Shown here piece after piece: positions 13,781 to 27,156 of a stretch of 64,000 nucleotides of DNA (within the stretch, counting starts at the first letter, position 1; every line of letters starts with the position of its first letter). Below the pieces are notes generated by a model. That model was not told the DNA's origin. It saw nothing but the letters and a program-made list of their open reading frames with translations, and made no database searches. A program made the position numbers and the translations under genes. The stretch covers positions 62,001 through 126,000 of the forward strand of contig NGBS01000879.1 of NCBI GenBank assembly GCA_002245135.1, written 5' to 3'. Source of the stretch: Proteromonas lacertae (taxonomy: Eukaryota).

Positions 13781-16700
13781 ATGAAAAAATTGCTATTGAT
13801 CTTTCTCTTTTTTATCTCTACTATAGCCATAGAAACAGAAGAAGGAATGTATATATGAGCTCTATTAGTTTATAGAATCGATGAGCTTTGTAGTGTTGAT
13901 ATGGTGGATAAAAAGACGAAAGAATTATTCACTGATTTGGGAAATCAATTGAAGACTATAGAAAACATTGTAAAACAATTATCAGTTTACAAACCGCCAG
14001 ATTATATGGATACTTCCAAGTTTAGAGGTGAATGGAAAAGCTGCAATACAACCAGACCATCGAGATTTAATGTTTATTTACAAAATGGAGGACTTTCCAT
14101 AATTCAAGAAAACCTGACACAAGCCAATATGGATGCATTAGTATGGGATCAAGATTTGTTCGAGAGATTATATTCTCAAGTTGCATTACAAGTACCTGGT
14201 TATTTTGAAATGATTCATTCAGCTACTCCAGGAGGTTTGGGTGTATTAATTGTGCTAGGTGAAGATAATCCAATGATCAGTATAATAATAATTATATATA
14301 TATATATATAGTGCAATATTCAGAAGAGCCTTATTCAGAGACATTCATATGCAAAATCAACTTCAATGTTTATTCACATGCTATTAGAATGATTGGTACA
14401 TTTATCAATGGCTATACAAAGGAAGATTCAGTGTGGATGTATCCTAGACCAGAATATACTGCAAAAATCATATCAATTACATTTGTAAGTCCAGCTCATA
14501 TACTCGATCAAGAGGGATTAATAATGTTGGATGTAGAAGTAGAGAAATTATTCCAACCATTAATATCAAGAAGACCAACTAAGAACGGTTATTATATTGT
14601 ATTAGCTTATACTAGTTTAACTAAGGCAAAGACATCAGGATCAATTGTAGCAGCCTCTAATGAGGCAGTTAAACTGGTAATGGGTTATGAAACAACAGTG
14701 AATGAAATACAGCATTTAAAAGTAGTTCCAACATTATTAAACAGTACTTCAGGTTTTGCACCTGTTTTTGATGCTATCAATGGTAATGTGAATTATATAA
14801 CAATCACTACAACTGATACAAATGAGAAATATCATGTACAATGGACTAAATCCGATATTATTAGCTGTTTATTAGTGACAATTATACCAATCAATGAATT
14901 AAAAGCATCTTGGGAAATGGTTCCTTCTACATTGCAATTAAAATATGCACAATCATTAGAAAAACAGGAAAACAGTGACAAAAGTAAAGAAATATATGCT
15001 GTAGTAGAAGATACAGTATTAAAGAATACTGGTGATTATGTATTAACTTGGCATGTTAAAGATACAACTTCATATTCAATCCAAGTATCACCATCATCTG
15101 GTACAATTCTACCACATAGTTCTACAACTATAAAGTATACAATTGATGAAAATATAGAGTTTGATGCAAATGCTGGTGTTGCATTTGAAGCATATGGTGA
15201 TAATGGTAATTGTTATAATATATTATTAATGTCGGTGGATTTACATGATATAAGTTGTACTTCAAATGATTTTCATGCAATTATTGGTAAAGAATGTAGA
15301 GGATTGAATAGAAAAGTGATTTTTGAATGGAATAATGATACTGTTTGTAAGTTAGGAAAAGCATTACCAGGTAGAACTAATGTAGAATGCAGTATATTAT
15401 ATATATTATTATTATTTAAATAGATAATTTATTTGATAGTGAATGGTTATGGCCAGTTTATAGTGTGTTATTAATCCTGGAAGTAATGTTCATATTATAT
15501 TTGACAATTCATGCATATATTAAACGAGTTCATTTTAGAGATAGACCATCTCCATTATATTATTATTCAATGTTATTTACACTGTTATTGGCTGTGTTTA
15601 TATTCCCTGAAAGTCTTACAGCTGATCAAAATGGCTTATGTTTAGTTCATTCTATTATTATGATGTTTTGTTGTTTATTCTTTCAATGTATTCAATTAGC
15701 AATTCTGTATTCATTTTACATCGTATAGTTAATATATTATTATTTATTATAGAGATATTCAAAATCAGGTGTTTTGTTTATAAGTCCTATTTCACTACTT
15801 TCAAGAATTACACTATTGTTCTTTATACTGGAAGCTGTTTTCTTTGGAATATTCCATGATGTATCAGAAACAATAACAGTTGTTTCAGAAGGAATAGAAA
15901 TTAAATATGATAGATGTAATAATTCAGTGTTTTACCCAACAATTCCATGTGTATAACAATATTATTATTATTATTATATTTTAAATAGTTGTTGATAAGT
16001 ATAGTCAATTGTTACTTCATATTCAGAGTTGCTACATCTTTAAATGAAAAACCAAAAAGAGTAAAGAAAATGTTAGCTGTAGTTAACAGGTCATACAATA
16101 TGTATGGTTGCTTTTATATTAGTGTATATATTGGGAGGTAGTTCATTAAAACTATTTGGAGATTTCTTAATAGAATATTTATTAATAGTTTTATGTACAA
16201 TCTCTACACATGCTTATTTCCCAATTGTGTTTAAGAAAAAGAGAAAAGTATTAGATAATTCAACAATGGATTCAACAACTGATGATCCTAAAGGAAGTCA
16301 ATCATATCACAATGATATTTCAAGATCCAATTACTCGTTCATATTTAAGGGCATTTATGAGGAAAACACTACAAGATGAAAGTATTATATTTTGGGAAAC
16401 AATCAATGAATTAGAAGGAATTGAAAAGAATTTGACTGAAGAAAAAAGAGAAGAATATTGTAGGTTGATATATGATAGATTTATTAAAGATGGTTCAGAG
16501 ATGGAAATTAATATAAATTCAACAATGAAAAGTAAAATTACGAATAAATTACAGAAAAGAGTATATATATTTATATAATGATTATATATAATAGCCTGGA
16601 GATGTATCGATGTTTAAATCTGCAAAGGCTGAGATGGAGAAGTTAATAATTGATAATAATTTTCACAATTTTATCATATCTGAATATGGTGAAAGTGCTA

Positions 16701-17287
16701 AGCAGATTAGTGATTGGTTTTCTACATTTACTTATCTTGAGGATTCTGTAAAGAAGGCAATTGCAGAGAAAGTATACCAAGAAAGGAAAACACTGTTTAT
16801 TAGTGAATATTGTATAATATATATATATATATATATATATATTATTATAGTTGCTCCTCCAATACTGAATATTAATGCAGAGTATGATAAAATAGATAGA
16901 ATTGAAACAAGTTCATTAAGAAAAGATTCTAGTAGATCTTTAGTTGTTACAACTCCAGTTACTCCTGCAAATATGGATATTGGCGATAATATTAATGCAA
17001 GCAATGAAAATAAAGATAATGTTGAAAATAGTAACAGTAATCATAATAGTAACAGTAATCGTACCAGTAATAATCGCAGTAGTAGTAGTTATATGTTAAA
17101 GAAAGGAAATAGTGCTTTGTTGGATCATAAATTTAAATCAAATCCACTTACTGATTGTATGGTAAGAAATTCTGCAGGTGTTTCTGGTAAAATAATCAAT
17201 AGACCAATTTCTATTCCGTTGAATAGTCGTTCTTCTACTGGTGGTGCTTCAGCTGCTTTACCTACTTCAGTCAATGAAGATTTATAA
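13781..17287 (+). CDS. Receptor-like protein: signal peptide, Cache-like and Ig-like ectodomain, Cys-rich linker, multi-TM (7TM-like) region, RGS domain (spliced)
   Basis: MKKLLLIFLFFIS leader; RGS motifs FMRKTLQDESIIFW..IYDRFIKDGSEMEININS..MFKSAKAEM; hydrophobic helices at 15450-16230; extra bases at 16082 and 16281. Confidence 0.75.
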
Positions 17288-17443
17288 GTTTTTTCCTAAA
17301 ATAAATATCCCATTTATTTTTTTAATATAGTATGTTTATGTTGATAATGTTGATTGTAATTTTTAAGAACAAAAATTATAGAAGTAATAATAGTAAATAA
17401 AGAATAAATGAATCAAATATTAAATATATTCGTTAGTATGATT

Positions 17444-18375
17444 TTATTTCCTATTTTTATTAATTAAATATGATCTCTTCTTTTTTAAAGAGCAATAACT
17501 GCAATAGCTAGACTTTTTTCCTTTGCGCTTCTTAAATCTACATTCGGATCTATCACAATTGCAACGATAACAATGAGTTCCTTTTACTGGTCTAACATCC
17601 CAATCCCTTAACATATTTGCGTTATTAACATGTAATGAACACCATATACATATAAACGGTTTATTGTCAATATAAGTTGATTCATCTTCACTATAGATCA
17701 AACATATAATTCATATCATATAGTTTACAACATCTATAACATGGTTTTGTTTTTCCGAATAATAGCATTCCTCTAAGTCTATTTTGATTTACATGATTAT
17801 CACTATTGTTAACAAGATCATTATTATAGTTATTGCCATCATCATCACTATCATTATTATCGTAATTTACATCATCATCACCATCATTATTATCGTTATT
17901 GCCATCATCATCACCATCACTATTACTGTCAATTAATTGTGATAAATTATCTTCATTATTATTATTATTATTAGATTCTGTTGGATCTATTATAACTGCT
18001 GCTATTATAAAATTGACTATATGATGTAGCAGGAGGTTGCATGAGCGGTAATGCTTCTTCTGTCATCGTATTATCAGTTTCTGTAGGTAATACTACATTA
18101 GAATCACCATTCATTTGCTCACTATCAAATATATAAGTAGGTAATTGGCCATCAGCTTCAAATGAATTTGAACAGTTATATGACTGTTGTTCATTATTAT
18201 TGTCACTAGGTTGTAGTATAGCTTCATTCTGTTGGTTTTTATAGAAATCTATCTTTGCATTATTGTTCTGATATTCATTTGTTTGAAAATCTGAATAAAA
18301 AATGGAACTAATGTCCATGTTCTTGCTAGTAGAAGGAATCTCATCTAAATTGTAAAAATTATCCGATTCTGACAT
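17444..18375 (-). CDS. Cys-rich putative zinc-finger protein, paralog of 7641-8363 (one intron, one extra base near 17699)
   Basis: CYRC..FICIWCSL..MLRDWDV..CYRCNC..SECR..CSYCSLKKKR aligns with the 7641 protein; Asp/Asn-rich linker. Confidence 0.7.
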
Positions 18376-18780
18376 AGGAATGGAATTAAAAAACTTTGAG
18401 TTTAAAGGCAATAAAAAGGTATTTTGAAAAAGTGAACTAATTTTCCATTAGAAGCATGATAAAAGTAGAAGTAAATTATGTGTTAGTATGGTATTTATGA
18501 CTGATTGAGAGTGGTCTTACCCCCCAGCAACATACGATTAAATTGTGATTGTCACAGTAAATGAATATTTAGTATAAATTCACTACGAAACATATAGTTT
18601 AGTACTTAGTAAAATTAAAACTTGAAAATGTTATCAAATACACTCAAATTTTGTCTCATTCCTTTATGAACAATACATAACACTACAAACATAATATTCT
18701 TACTAACCCATTGGGAAAAAAACAATTAAAGTATTCAGTATAAGTATATAGAAATATATTTTCTTCAGTATACTTGAGTT

Positions 18781-20377
18781 TTAAAGAATTAACATTATAG
18801 ATAATGTTAAAATCAATAAACTACAACACAATAACACTGAATTATCTGGTTTAGTAGTTGGATCATCAGTTGGTTTTGGATCTTCAGTTGGTTTTGGATC
18901 TTCTGTTGGTTTTGGATCTTCTGTTGGAATAACATCATTATCAATAAGATTATTATAAACTCCAATAACCTTACTAGAAGCCTCTAATATATTTGATGAA
19001 CCAGTAGCTTTATCAACTAATTCAGTTTCAAAACAATTATGATATTCTACATATGGTGGTTTAAGATCATCATTATCAGTTACACAACAATAAGATTTAC
19101 CTTTATCGATTTGAGTTGTAAAACCATAATAGTGGTTATATTTATCAATCTCTAATACAGAATATAATGTAGAAGCATCATCAACAAGTTTATTATCATT
19201 GATATTTATATAATCTAACAGTAAATCCATACTTTGTAAAATAGTTTTGTTCAATTATACCATATTCTCTACCAATATAATAATAAGCAGAATCATAATC
19301 TCCATGTGTAGATACTCGAGGATAAAATCCATATATTCCTTTACCAGATGCTATATTACGTTTACCAGTTTCATCAATTATTCCTTTAACTCTGTTAATC
19401 TCATTCATTGTCACTTCTATAGCTGGAACATGCTCTCGATTTGAGACTTTTGGTAAAGTAATTTTTATTTCTACTCCATTATCTTCAACACTAATTGTAC
19501 TTACTGCTTTAAACTCTGCCATTACAAATTTATTCTCTCTAACATTATATTCACAGTTTACTTCTTTATTAGTTGGAATTTCTTTGGTTGAATAGAATTT
19601 ATCTTTTACAGTTGTTGAGCAACATGACATATCCATTGGATTTGTCCATCGGATTCCACTTTTCAATTCATCAAATTCTACTGTCAAAGTCTTCCAATCA
19701 GCTTCATGAGATTTGATATTGTAATATCGATAATATATGGCATTCTTACTTATTTCTTGATCTAAATAATAAGAATCAGTTAAAAACCAGATTTGGTAGA
19801 TGGAAGTAAAGCACTACCACCAACAGGGTCTTTCTTATTTTCAAATATTTCAAATAATCCAATATATGCTGTATTTGCTGTATGGCCTTTAACTGATTTC
19901 TGTATTGTTGTGACTTCTTGCTTTATCATTTTCTTCTCTCAACACTCTTCCAGATTTGGAATTCACAAATGTCTTCACTTCATTATCGATTAATGTTATT
20001 AAATTCTTCATTTTTGTGGCTACATTAGTTTTATCAGATTTTGTACAAACAAGTGACTTATATTTCACTGTACCTATCACTTTTTGTACATGTAAATGTC
20101 TGTTCAGCATTCGTTACATCACTTGCTTTTATCGTTATTCCACTTTCACTTTCATCCCAACTTTTTATATTGTAGCCTTGAATACCATCAGAAAATGATT
20201 CATACTTCTACAATTCTTTCAGGATTCATATACAAATGTGATTCGCCTTCACAGATGTAATACTTATCAGCGTCAGGTGTTTCGCATTTAATGCCACTCA
20301 TCATGCAACAGCATAACGTAATTAATAACACTATTATTAATATATAAATATCATTATATACAGTAGAAGTTTTTCAT
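18781..20377 (-). CDS. Secreted, probably GPI-anchored surface protein of unknown family (one intron, ~6-7 extra-base frame breaks)
   Basis: Spliced signal peptide MKNFYLLLITLCCCMMSG, (KPTEDP)n stalk and hydrophobic C-terminus; a continuous frame is recovered by removing single extra bases. Confidence 0.6.
18862..18927 (-). repeat. 18-bp tandem repeat encoding a KPTEDP stalk
   Basis: About 3 copies of GTTGGTTTTGGATCTTC(A/T) on the + strand. Confidence 0.85.
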
Positions 20378-20552
20378 TGAAATTTTCAAAACCGTTATAA
20401 AAGATTTAATCCTTAAACCATTTTTTTTTCACCGAATATTGTTTAATATGGACTTGCTTCAACAGCTAGCTGTAATTCAATGTTATTTATATAATATAAT
20501 AGTATCAACTAATTCAAAAAAATAACAATATTATCAATTATAATGAAAATCT

Positions 20553-22418
20553 TTATGTTGAATTATTCTGTTCACTTGTCGCTACACCAGTCGCTTCTTC
20601 AACATTTACTTCATTTTCGAGTAGAGTGTCCTGTTTCTTAGTGTATTGTCTTCTTTTACACCATACAGTTGCAAATACAATTCCAGTTATCAATAGAGAT
20701 CCAACAACCAATGATATAATAGCTGGAACAAATGACATAAAAGTAATTGTATTATAAGAATCATTGAAATAACACATTTTTACATTAGCATCAGAATATA
20801 CAAAGAAATTCTATTATAAAATATATATTATACATATATATATATACAACTGAATATGGATCAATAACTAAATCATCTTTTAACGATATAGTTTTCTTCT
20901 TATCAATATCACCATTCAAAATTTCTCCATTTAACATCACATCAGTTGAGTTTAACTCCTCAGCGGTTAATCTATATTCATATCTTCTACTTAACCAATC
21001 AAAATTCTTAGATTTTATTTCAACAGTTACACTTCTTAGATTAATAATTTCTATAACAACGCCTCCATTATATTCTTTCGAACATTGACTGTATATTCGT
21101 ACTTCATCATTACCTCCTTCATTACTAGTTATATTAATTATCTTATTACCTACTAGTTTATTCCATAAATAACTAACATAATAATCACTATTTGGTTTAT
21201 GACTTTCATCTCTTGATAATAAAGTATAAAATCCACCAACTAATGCTTGTCTAAATTGAGCTTTTATTCCAATCACAGCTAAACTAGCTAAGTTATCTAA
21301 ATAATAGAATGATGATATAAATCTATCTGTCACTCCTTCTTTCCCACTCATTGCTGCTGCTGCTCCTTCACCCATTATGATTGGCATTTCAGGATATTTT
21401 GATTTTTGAACTTCACTTAATGTGAATTTTGCATTATTAATATGTGATTGATAGAATGCTGGAGTTAACATTTCTTCTAATAAATCATCATCTGTACCAA
21501 TCGCATCATCTATTTGGAAATTAAACGAATATATTTTTTAAATATATATATACAATTATGATAGGTTAAAATATCTAATACTCCAGAGTTAATTATAGGT
21601 GGATAAAATTCACTCTATTTTTCAATATAATAATAATGACAAAATAATATATAATTATACATTTGCAAATACATAATCTGGTCCAATAAATAATGGTCTA
21701 TTTCTCTCATCAGGCCATAATTCATTTATTTTATTTCTAAGTATTTTGTGATCTTCAACCACTTGTTCAGGTGTTAAGTACCAGTTTACTTCATTTCCTA
21801 ATTCAAATCCGTAGATTAAACCATCTTCAAAGAAATGTTCATTCTTTATAAATTCTATCATATCGAATGTGTTTTTAGTATCCCATGGTAATGAATTACT
21901 ATATATTAATATATACATATATATTATAATACTTGACATATCTTCCATTCTTTTCATTAAAACCAAATACTAATTTGATGTTGGTTTTCCTACAAAAATC
22001 CATTATTTCTTTAAATCTGTTCTTAGTAAGGCATAACATACCAGGACAGTAGTATGATGTACCATTATATTTTGATACTGGTGGATTTGGGAAGTCATAT
22101 ATAACTGAATCAGCTGTTGTTCCTCCTATACGAAGTATAGCTGGTGAAAGATCTTTTGTGTATTTAATAAGTTTATCATTGTTTAAGTTTAAGATTATTG
22201 CACTAGAATTCTCCCAAGAATAAGTCTGAAGTGATATATTTGGATACCAATAGTCTAATGTAAACGATGATGAAAAGTCATAAACTGTAATTATAGCATC
22301 TGTTGTATTTAGCTCAAATGTTACTAAATCCTAATAAAATTAGTATGAACATTTATACTTGGTATGAATATCCTAGCAAACATAAAATTAATACCAAACA
22401 AAGTAGAGAAGCTCTCAT
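20553..22418 (-). CDS. Glycoside hydrolase family 79 (heparanase/beta-glucuronidase-like) with C-terminal TM anchor (spliced)
   Basis: SPAILRIGGTTAD, FELGNE (acid/base), MGEGAAA (nucleophile region), FRQALVGG, PNSDYY..LWNKLVG. Confidence 0.85.
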
Positions 22419-22618
22419 ATTCTTTTAATTCTTTTTGTTTTTTGAAATATATTCGTTTCAATATTTGTGTTTTTGTTGTTTATTTATTATCTTAATTAAA
22501 AATGATATTATATTCCATCGATGAATTGAAAACTATTAATAATATATATAAATATACCCCTAACTAATAAATCTTTACATTTTATTTTGAAACGGATATA
22601 TTTTCGGTAAATATTGGG

Positions 22619-24720
22619 ATGAAATTAGTAAATGCTGAAATCGGAATAAATGGGTATTGTAAAATTATTATATAAATAGTTTGGGGAGAGACCTAGTTAA
22701 CGAAGGGTTTGGAGATATGCAAGTGAAGATAGGAGGAGAAGAAGTGATGTGTGTAAAATCAATATTAGTACATGGTAATAAAACATTTAAGAAGCTAATA
22801 GAAGATGATAAATTCAATGGGGTATTGGAATTGTATGATGGATGTGATATTGAGTCATTTTTAGAAATAGAGAAGTATTACAGTGGAGGTACAATGGAAT
22901 TAAATGAGGCTAATATATGCAAAATACTTATATTTTGTTTATGTTATGATGATTCTTTTTTGTTGAATAAGTGTAAAAATTATCTCAAAAATCACTTAAA
23001 TGATTCAGTAATGATAAAATTAATTGATACATTATATAAAATTGATAGTAATAATTTTTGTAATATAAAAGAAGTGAGTGAAGATTATATTCAAAGAAAT
23101 GGTAGTAAATATTTAGAAAATGAAGAATTATTGTTCAAGCTGACAATAGAATATTTAAATTATATATTAAGTTGTAAGAACTTAATAATCAAAAATGAGA
23201 ATTGGTTATTAAATCAATTAATTAAATGGAATAAAGAAATGAAAAAGAATTGTAAAAACGAAAAAGAAGAGAGTGAATTAAAAGAAGAGTTTAAACAATT
23301 ATTGAAGAAATATATAAACTTTGAAAAAATAAATAAGGAAGAAATATCAAATGAAGCAATGACTGAAATAAAAGAACTAAGCTTATATGATGAAATTGAT
23401 AGAGTAGAATATATTTCAATAGATTTAAAAGATATATTAGATGATAAAATAAAAGATATAATATATAGGTATTATATAAAAGAAGATTTAACTAAAATTG
23501 AAATAGTAGATGTTGAAATATTGAAGAAAAGTAATTTTCAAGAAATCATATCGTTATTATTAAATAAAGATGATATAAAACTAAATGCAATTGGTTTGTT
23601 AATGACAATCGATTGTAATATTCATCACAACAATTTCTATGTTGAAAATAAAAGTGAAATGTTGTTTAAATTATTATATGAGTATAAAAGTAAACCAAAT
23701 AACAGAATTATTAAATGTTTGTGTTTATTTGTTGATGATAGAGATAATGTTATTACAATTAAAACACTTTGTGGAAAAGAGATTATTTTCAGAATTTTTA
23801 ATTTTCGCTATTTATTAAATAAATGCACATTGGAAACATTAATAGATTATATAAAAAAGAATGGTCTGAGAGAGGATGAAAAAAGAAGTATATCTGAAAT
23901 AGTAGAAGATGATGACATAATTGATAGAATTCTAATAAATAAAATCTCATCTTTTTCATATCCTCAGTCACATTACTCATTTATTATAAATGAAAATATT
24001 GAAATAATTCCATTTTTTAATGGAACAAGATGTGAGTTTTCAATTAATCCTTCTTTACCAAATGAATTGTTATTTGGTAAAGAAACTGGAATAATTTGTG
24101 GTAAAGTAAAAAATACGACAGAAAGAAAATCATTTGAAATAACTTGCAAAAATAAAATCAATGAAAAGAAAACCAAAATTACTTTAGCATTTACAGAAGT
24201 AAAATTCACTTCATTGAATTGTGGTGACTAGAATATCAATATTAAACAATGGAAAATTAATTAAAAATAGAGGTATTATTCATCTGTTTACTTTTGCTTC
24301 ACAATTAAGTCGTTGTTATTTAGATATAAAAATAGAGAGTGGTATTTATCATATTAGATATAAATATATTAAAAGTAATAATCAATATAGTAATTCAGAA
24401 AATCTATCTATTGGTTTATCAAATGATAATGAATATTCTTCTAATGAATGTACTTACTCTGCCATGGAGTGGTAGAATTCCAAAATTTGTTAGTCATATA
24501 GGAACTGTTGTAAATAGTAATCCAAATTTTAATATAAATGGAAATCAATCAGTTTATGAAGTAATAGTTGATATGAATAGAAGAGAATTTTCAATTTGTC
24601 ATAACAATTCACCTCCTATTCTTCTAGTTAGAAGTTTACCTTCTCCATTATATCCATTTATTGAATTATGTTATCGATGGCACCTCAGTGGAATTATTAT
24701 CCGTTTCTCATCAAAATTAA
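22619..24720 (+). CDS. BTB/BACK - putative Ig - SPRY-like protein (extra bases at 24229, 24461, 24675)
   Basis: FGDMQVKIGGEEVMCVKSIL..FKKL..YYSG BTB; FSYPQ..FSINPSLP..TGIICG Ig unit; SIGLS..VIVDMNRREFSI..LPSPLYPFIEL SPRY-like end. Confidence 0.75.
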
Positions 24721-24780
24721 ATAAATTATATTGCATTTAATTAATTCATTTATACTGAGGAAAAAAAGAAAAAAAATAAA

Positions 24781-24853
24781 TGGTTCATCCGAGGGTCGAA
24801 CTCGGGACCTTCTGCGTGTAAAGCAGACGTGATAACCACTACACCAACGAGCC
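24781..24853 (-). tRNA. tRNA-Val(TAC): tRNA-Val (anticodon TAC)
   Basis: GGCTCGTTGGTGTAGTGGTTATCACG TCTGC TT TAC AC GCAGA AGGTCCCGAGTTCGACCCTCGGATGAACCA; A/B boxes; T-run downstream. Confidence 0.95.
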
Positions 24854-24994
24854 ACATATTTTATTATGAAATTACCCTTTATAAACACCCAAATTTTTTA
24901 TTCTTCAAATTTTGTCTTGTGCTGTTAATAATATCCATCAAAAATAATATAATTGATTTATTTTGCAAAAATTAATTCATTATTCTCTTCAATT

Positions 24995-26132
24995 ATGAAA
25001 TCGTCAAAAAATTCCAATAAAAAACCTATACAAAAAGAAAATCAGACTAAAAAAATAGAATATGAAGAAAGAATAAATCAGCTGAAGGATATAATTGATA
25101 AATTATATTCAGCAAAGAAATCTATACTTGAACAATCTAAACAGTGTTATAATAATGACGAAAGAGATAAGGCCAAATATTTATCTGATAAGGCAAAAGA
25201 TTATCAGAACAGAATTGATAATTTAGAGTTATATTACTCAGATCTCACATTTTACTCCAATAATATCATTATAATTAATGAATCAATAAGAATAATTGAT
25301 GTTAGAGGATTGTATGTAGACGAATCAATAAAAAGAATAGAGAAAAGAAAAGACAATTTGAATAAAAATGGTGATTTATGTGTTATTGTTGGAACAATAA
25401 ATAAATCAACTGAAAATGTATTGGATATATCAGATTTAGGTATGAAAATAGTACAATATCTAAAAGATATTGATCAATGTAATATTGAAATTAATAAACC
25501 AACAAAAGGAAGGATATTAGTACATTACTCAAATGACAAATATAGATAATAAAGAAGATGAAATAAATAGAATCAAATCATTAATAATAAATACAGAATT
25601 GATAATAAACAAAATAAAATTTAGTGATCCTATGAGTATAGATGATAATGAAATGAAAGAAATATTAAAAGAAAAAGAAACACTAATCAATAAAGCAAAA
25701 AGTCAAAGAGAAGAAGCAATAAAACTACAATCAAAAATTGATGAAATTAAAAAAATGGAGCTTGCTAAGGATAATAAAAAGAATAAATATAAAGAGGAAA
25801 AAAGTAAACTTATAGATAGAATAAATGAACTAAATAAACAAGCATCTCTCAATTACTTTAGAGGATATAATCTATTAAATGTAAAAAGAAATGAAAAAAA
25901 TGTTATTGATTTACATGGACAATATGTGAATGAAGCTTTGGCAATATTAGAAAAGAAAATCTCTGAACTTAAACATGAAAAAGAATTGAAAGTGATTTAT
26001 GGAAGTGGAAATCATAGTATTGATCATATTCAAAAGATAAAACCAAAAATAATTGAATTATTGATATTAAAGAATTATAAATATAAAGAAATTGATAATG
26101 CTTCATTAATAATAAATTTAAATAATAAATAA
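24995..26132 (+). CDS. Smr-domain protein(s): two tandem helical(DUF1771-like)+Smr units, either one gene with an extra base near 25532 or two abutting genes
   Basis: IIDVRGLYVDESI..LCVIVG and VIDLHGQYVNEAL..LKVIYGSGNHS..IKPKI. Confidence 0.75.
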
Positions 26133-26210
26133 ATAAATTCTTATGTTTTTATAACATGAAATAACAAACACAACATCTACTCATATATTTTATATAAATT
26201 ATTTCTTTAT

Positions 26211-26915
26211 TTATTTTATATATAAAAAATAAACAACTAAACCAATAGCCACCAAGAGAAGGAAGATTATTGTATAAGAAATCATTCTATTTTGAATATT
26301 TCTACAATGCATTCTCTATTATTAATATATATAAAGAATTATACATTCAAAATTGTTGAAGCAGTTCCAGCATATGAGATAGTCTTTTGTGCATTAGCGG
26401 TTGATCGCAGTAAAGCTTCTCTTTGTCCATGTAAATCTTGAACAATTACATTACCTATTTGTTCTGTTTCACTAGCTATGTGTAATGTATCTCCTAATAA
26501 TTCAGTTGAATCTTGTAACTTTTCTGTTGACTCTTGTAATCTAGCACGATCGTCTCTGATGCCGCCATTTGCACCAACTAAATCTCCCTTTTCAAGTTTG
26601 TTTTGGTATTTTGCCAAAGTTCTCTTCTTCTGAGCAATTCCTGATTCATTTTCACGAATTATTTGCATGCATTTCTTTTTATTTTCATGATCCATACTCC
26701 TACATTCGTCCTTCATCTGTCTTAATAGGTTTTCACACTCTTTTACACAATTCTGAGCTTCAGCCTAACATTCTTTTCGCATCTTCTATACATAAAATAA
26801 AATTTTGTTCTATACCTGGACCAATATTAGAAGATTGAAGAGCTTTTGTTGTTTTATCAATATTCTTTAGATTATTTTGGTATTCATCAGCATAACCGTC
26901 AAATATATCAGTCAT
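26211..26915 (-). CDS. VTI1: Qb-SNARE VTI1 (spliced)
   Basis: MTDIFDGYADEY Habc start, ASETEQIGNVIVQDLHGQREAL SNARE motif, C-terminal TM. Confidence 0.9.
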
Positions 26916-27156
26916 TTTGTTTAACTAAGTGGATAGATAGGATGTTTTTTAGAAAAAAAGCAATTCAAGATACAAATCTCCAAGCTTTTTTTTGTCAAAA
27001 TGAATATTAAAAAATGAATTTATAATGAAGCAAGGATAATATATAAAGAAAATATTGTAATGAATTATATGTACTTTCTATTATATTCATGAAGATAAGA
27101 ATCACTATTATCTTCGCTGGTAGTTCTTCACATAGTTTTTAAGAATAAGTGCAGGA

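Noticed and set aside
8584..17287. G-beta and RGS receptor as a functional gene cluster
   Set aside because: They are separated by the unrelated PARG gene, and proximity in a gene-dense genome can be chance without synteny evidence
17800..17975. Trinucleotide-like repeats as a CRISPR or satellite array
   Set aside because: They encode an in-frame Asp/Asn/Gly low-complexity linker; there is no repeat-spacer structure or cas genes
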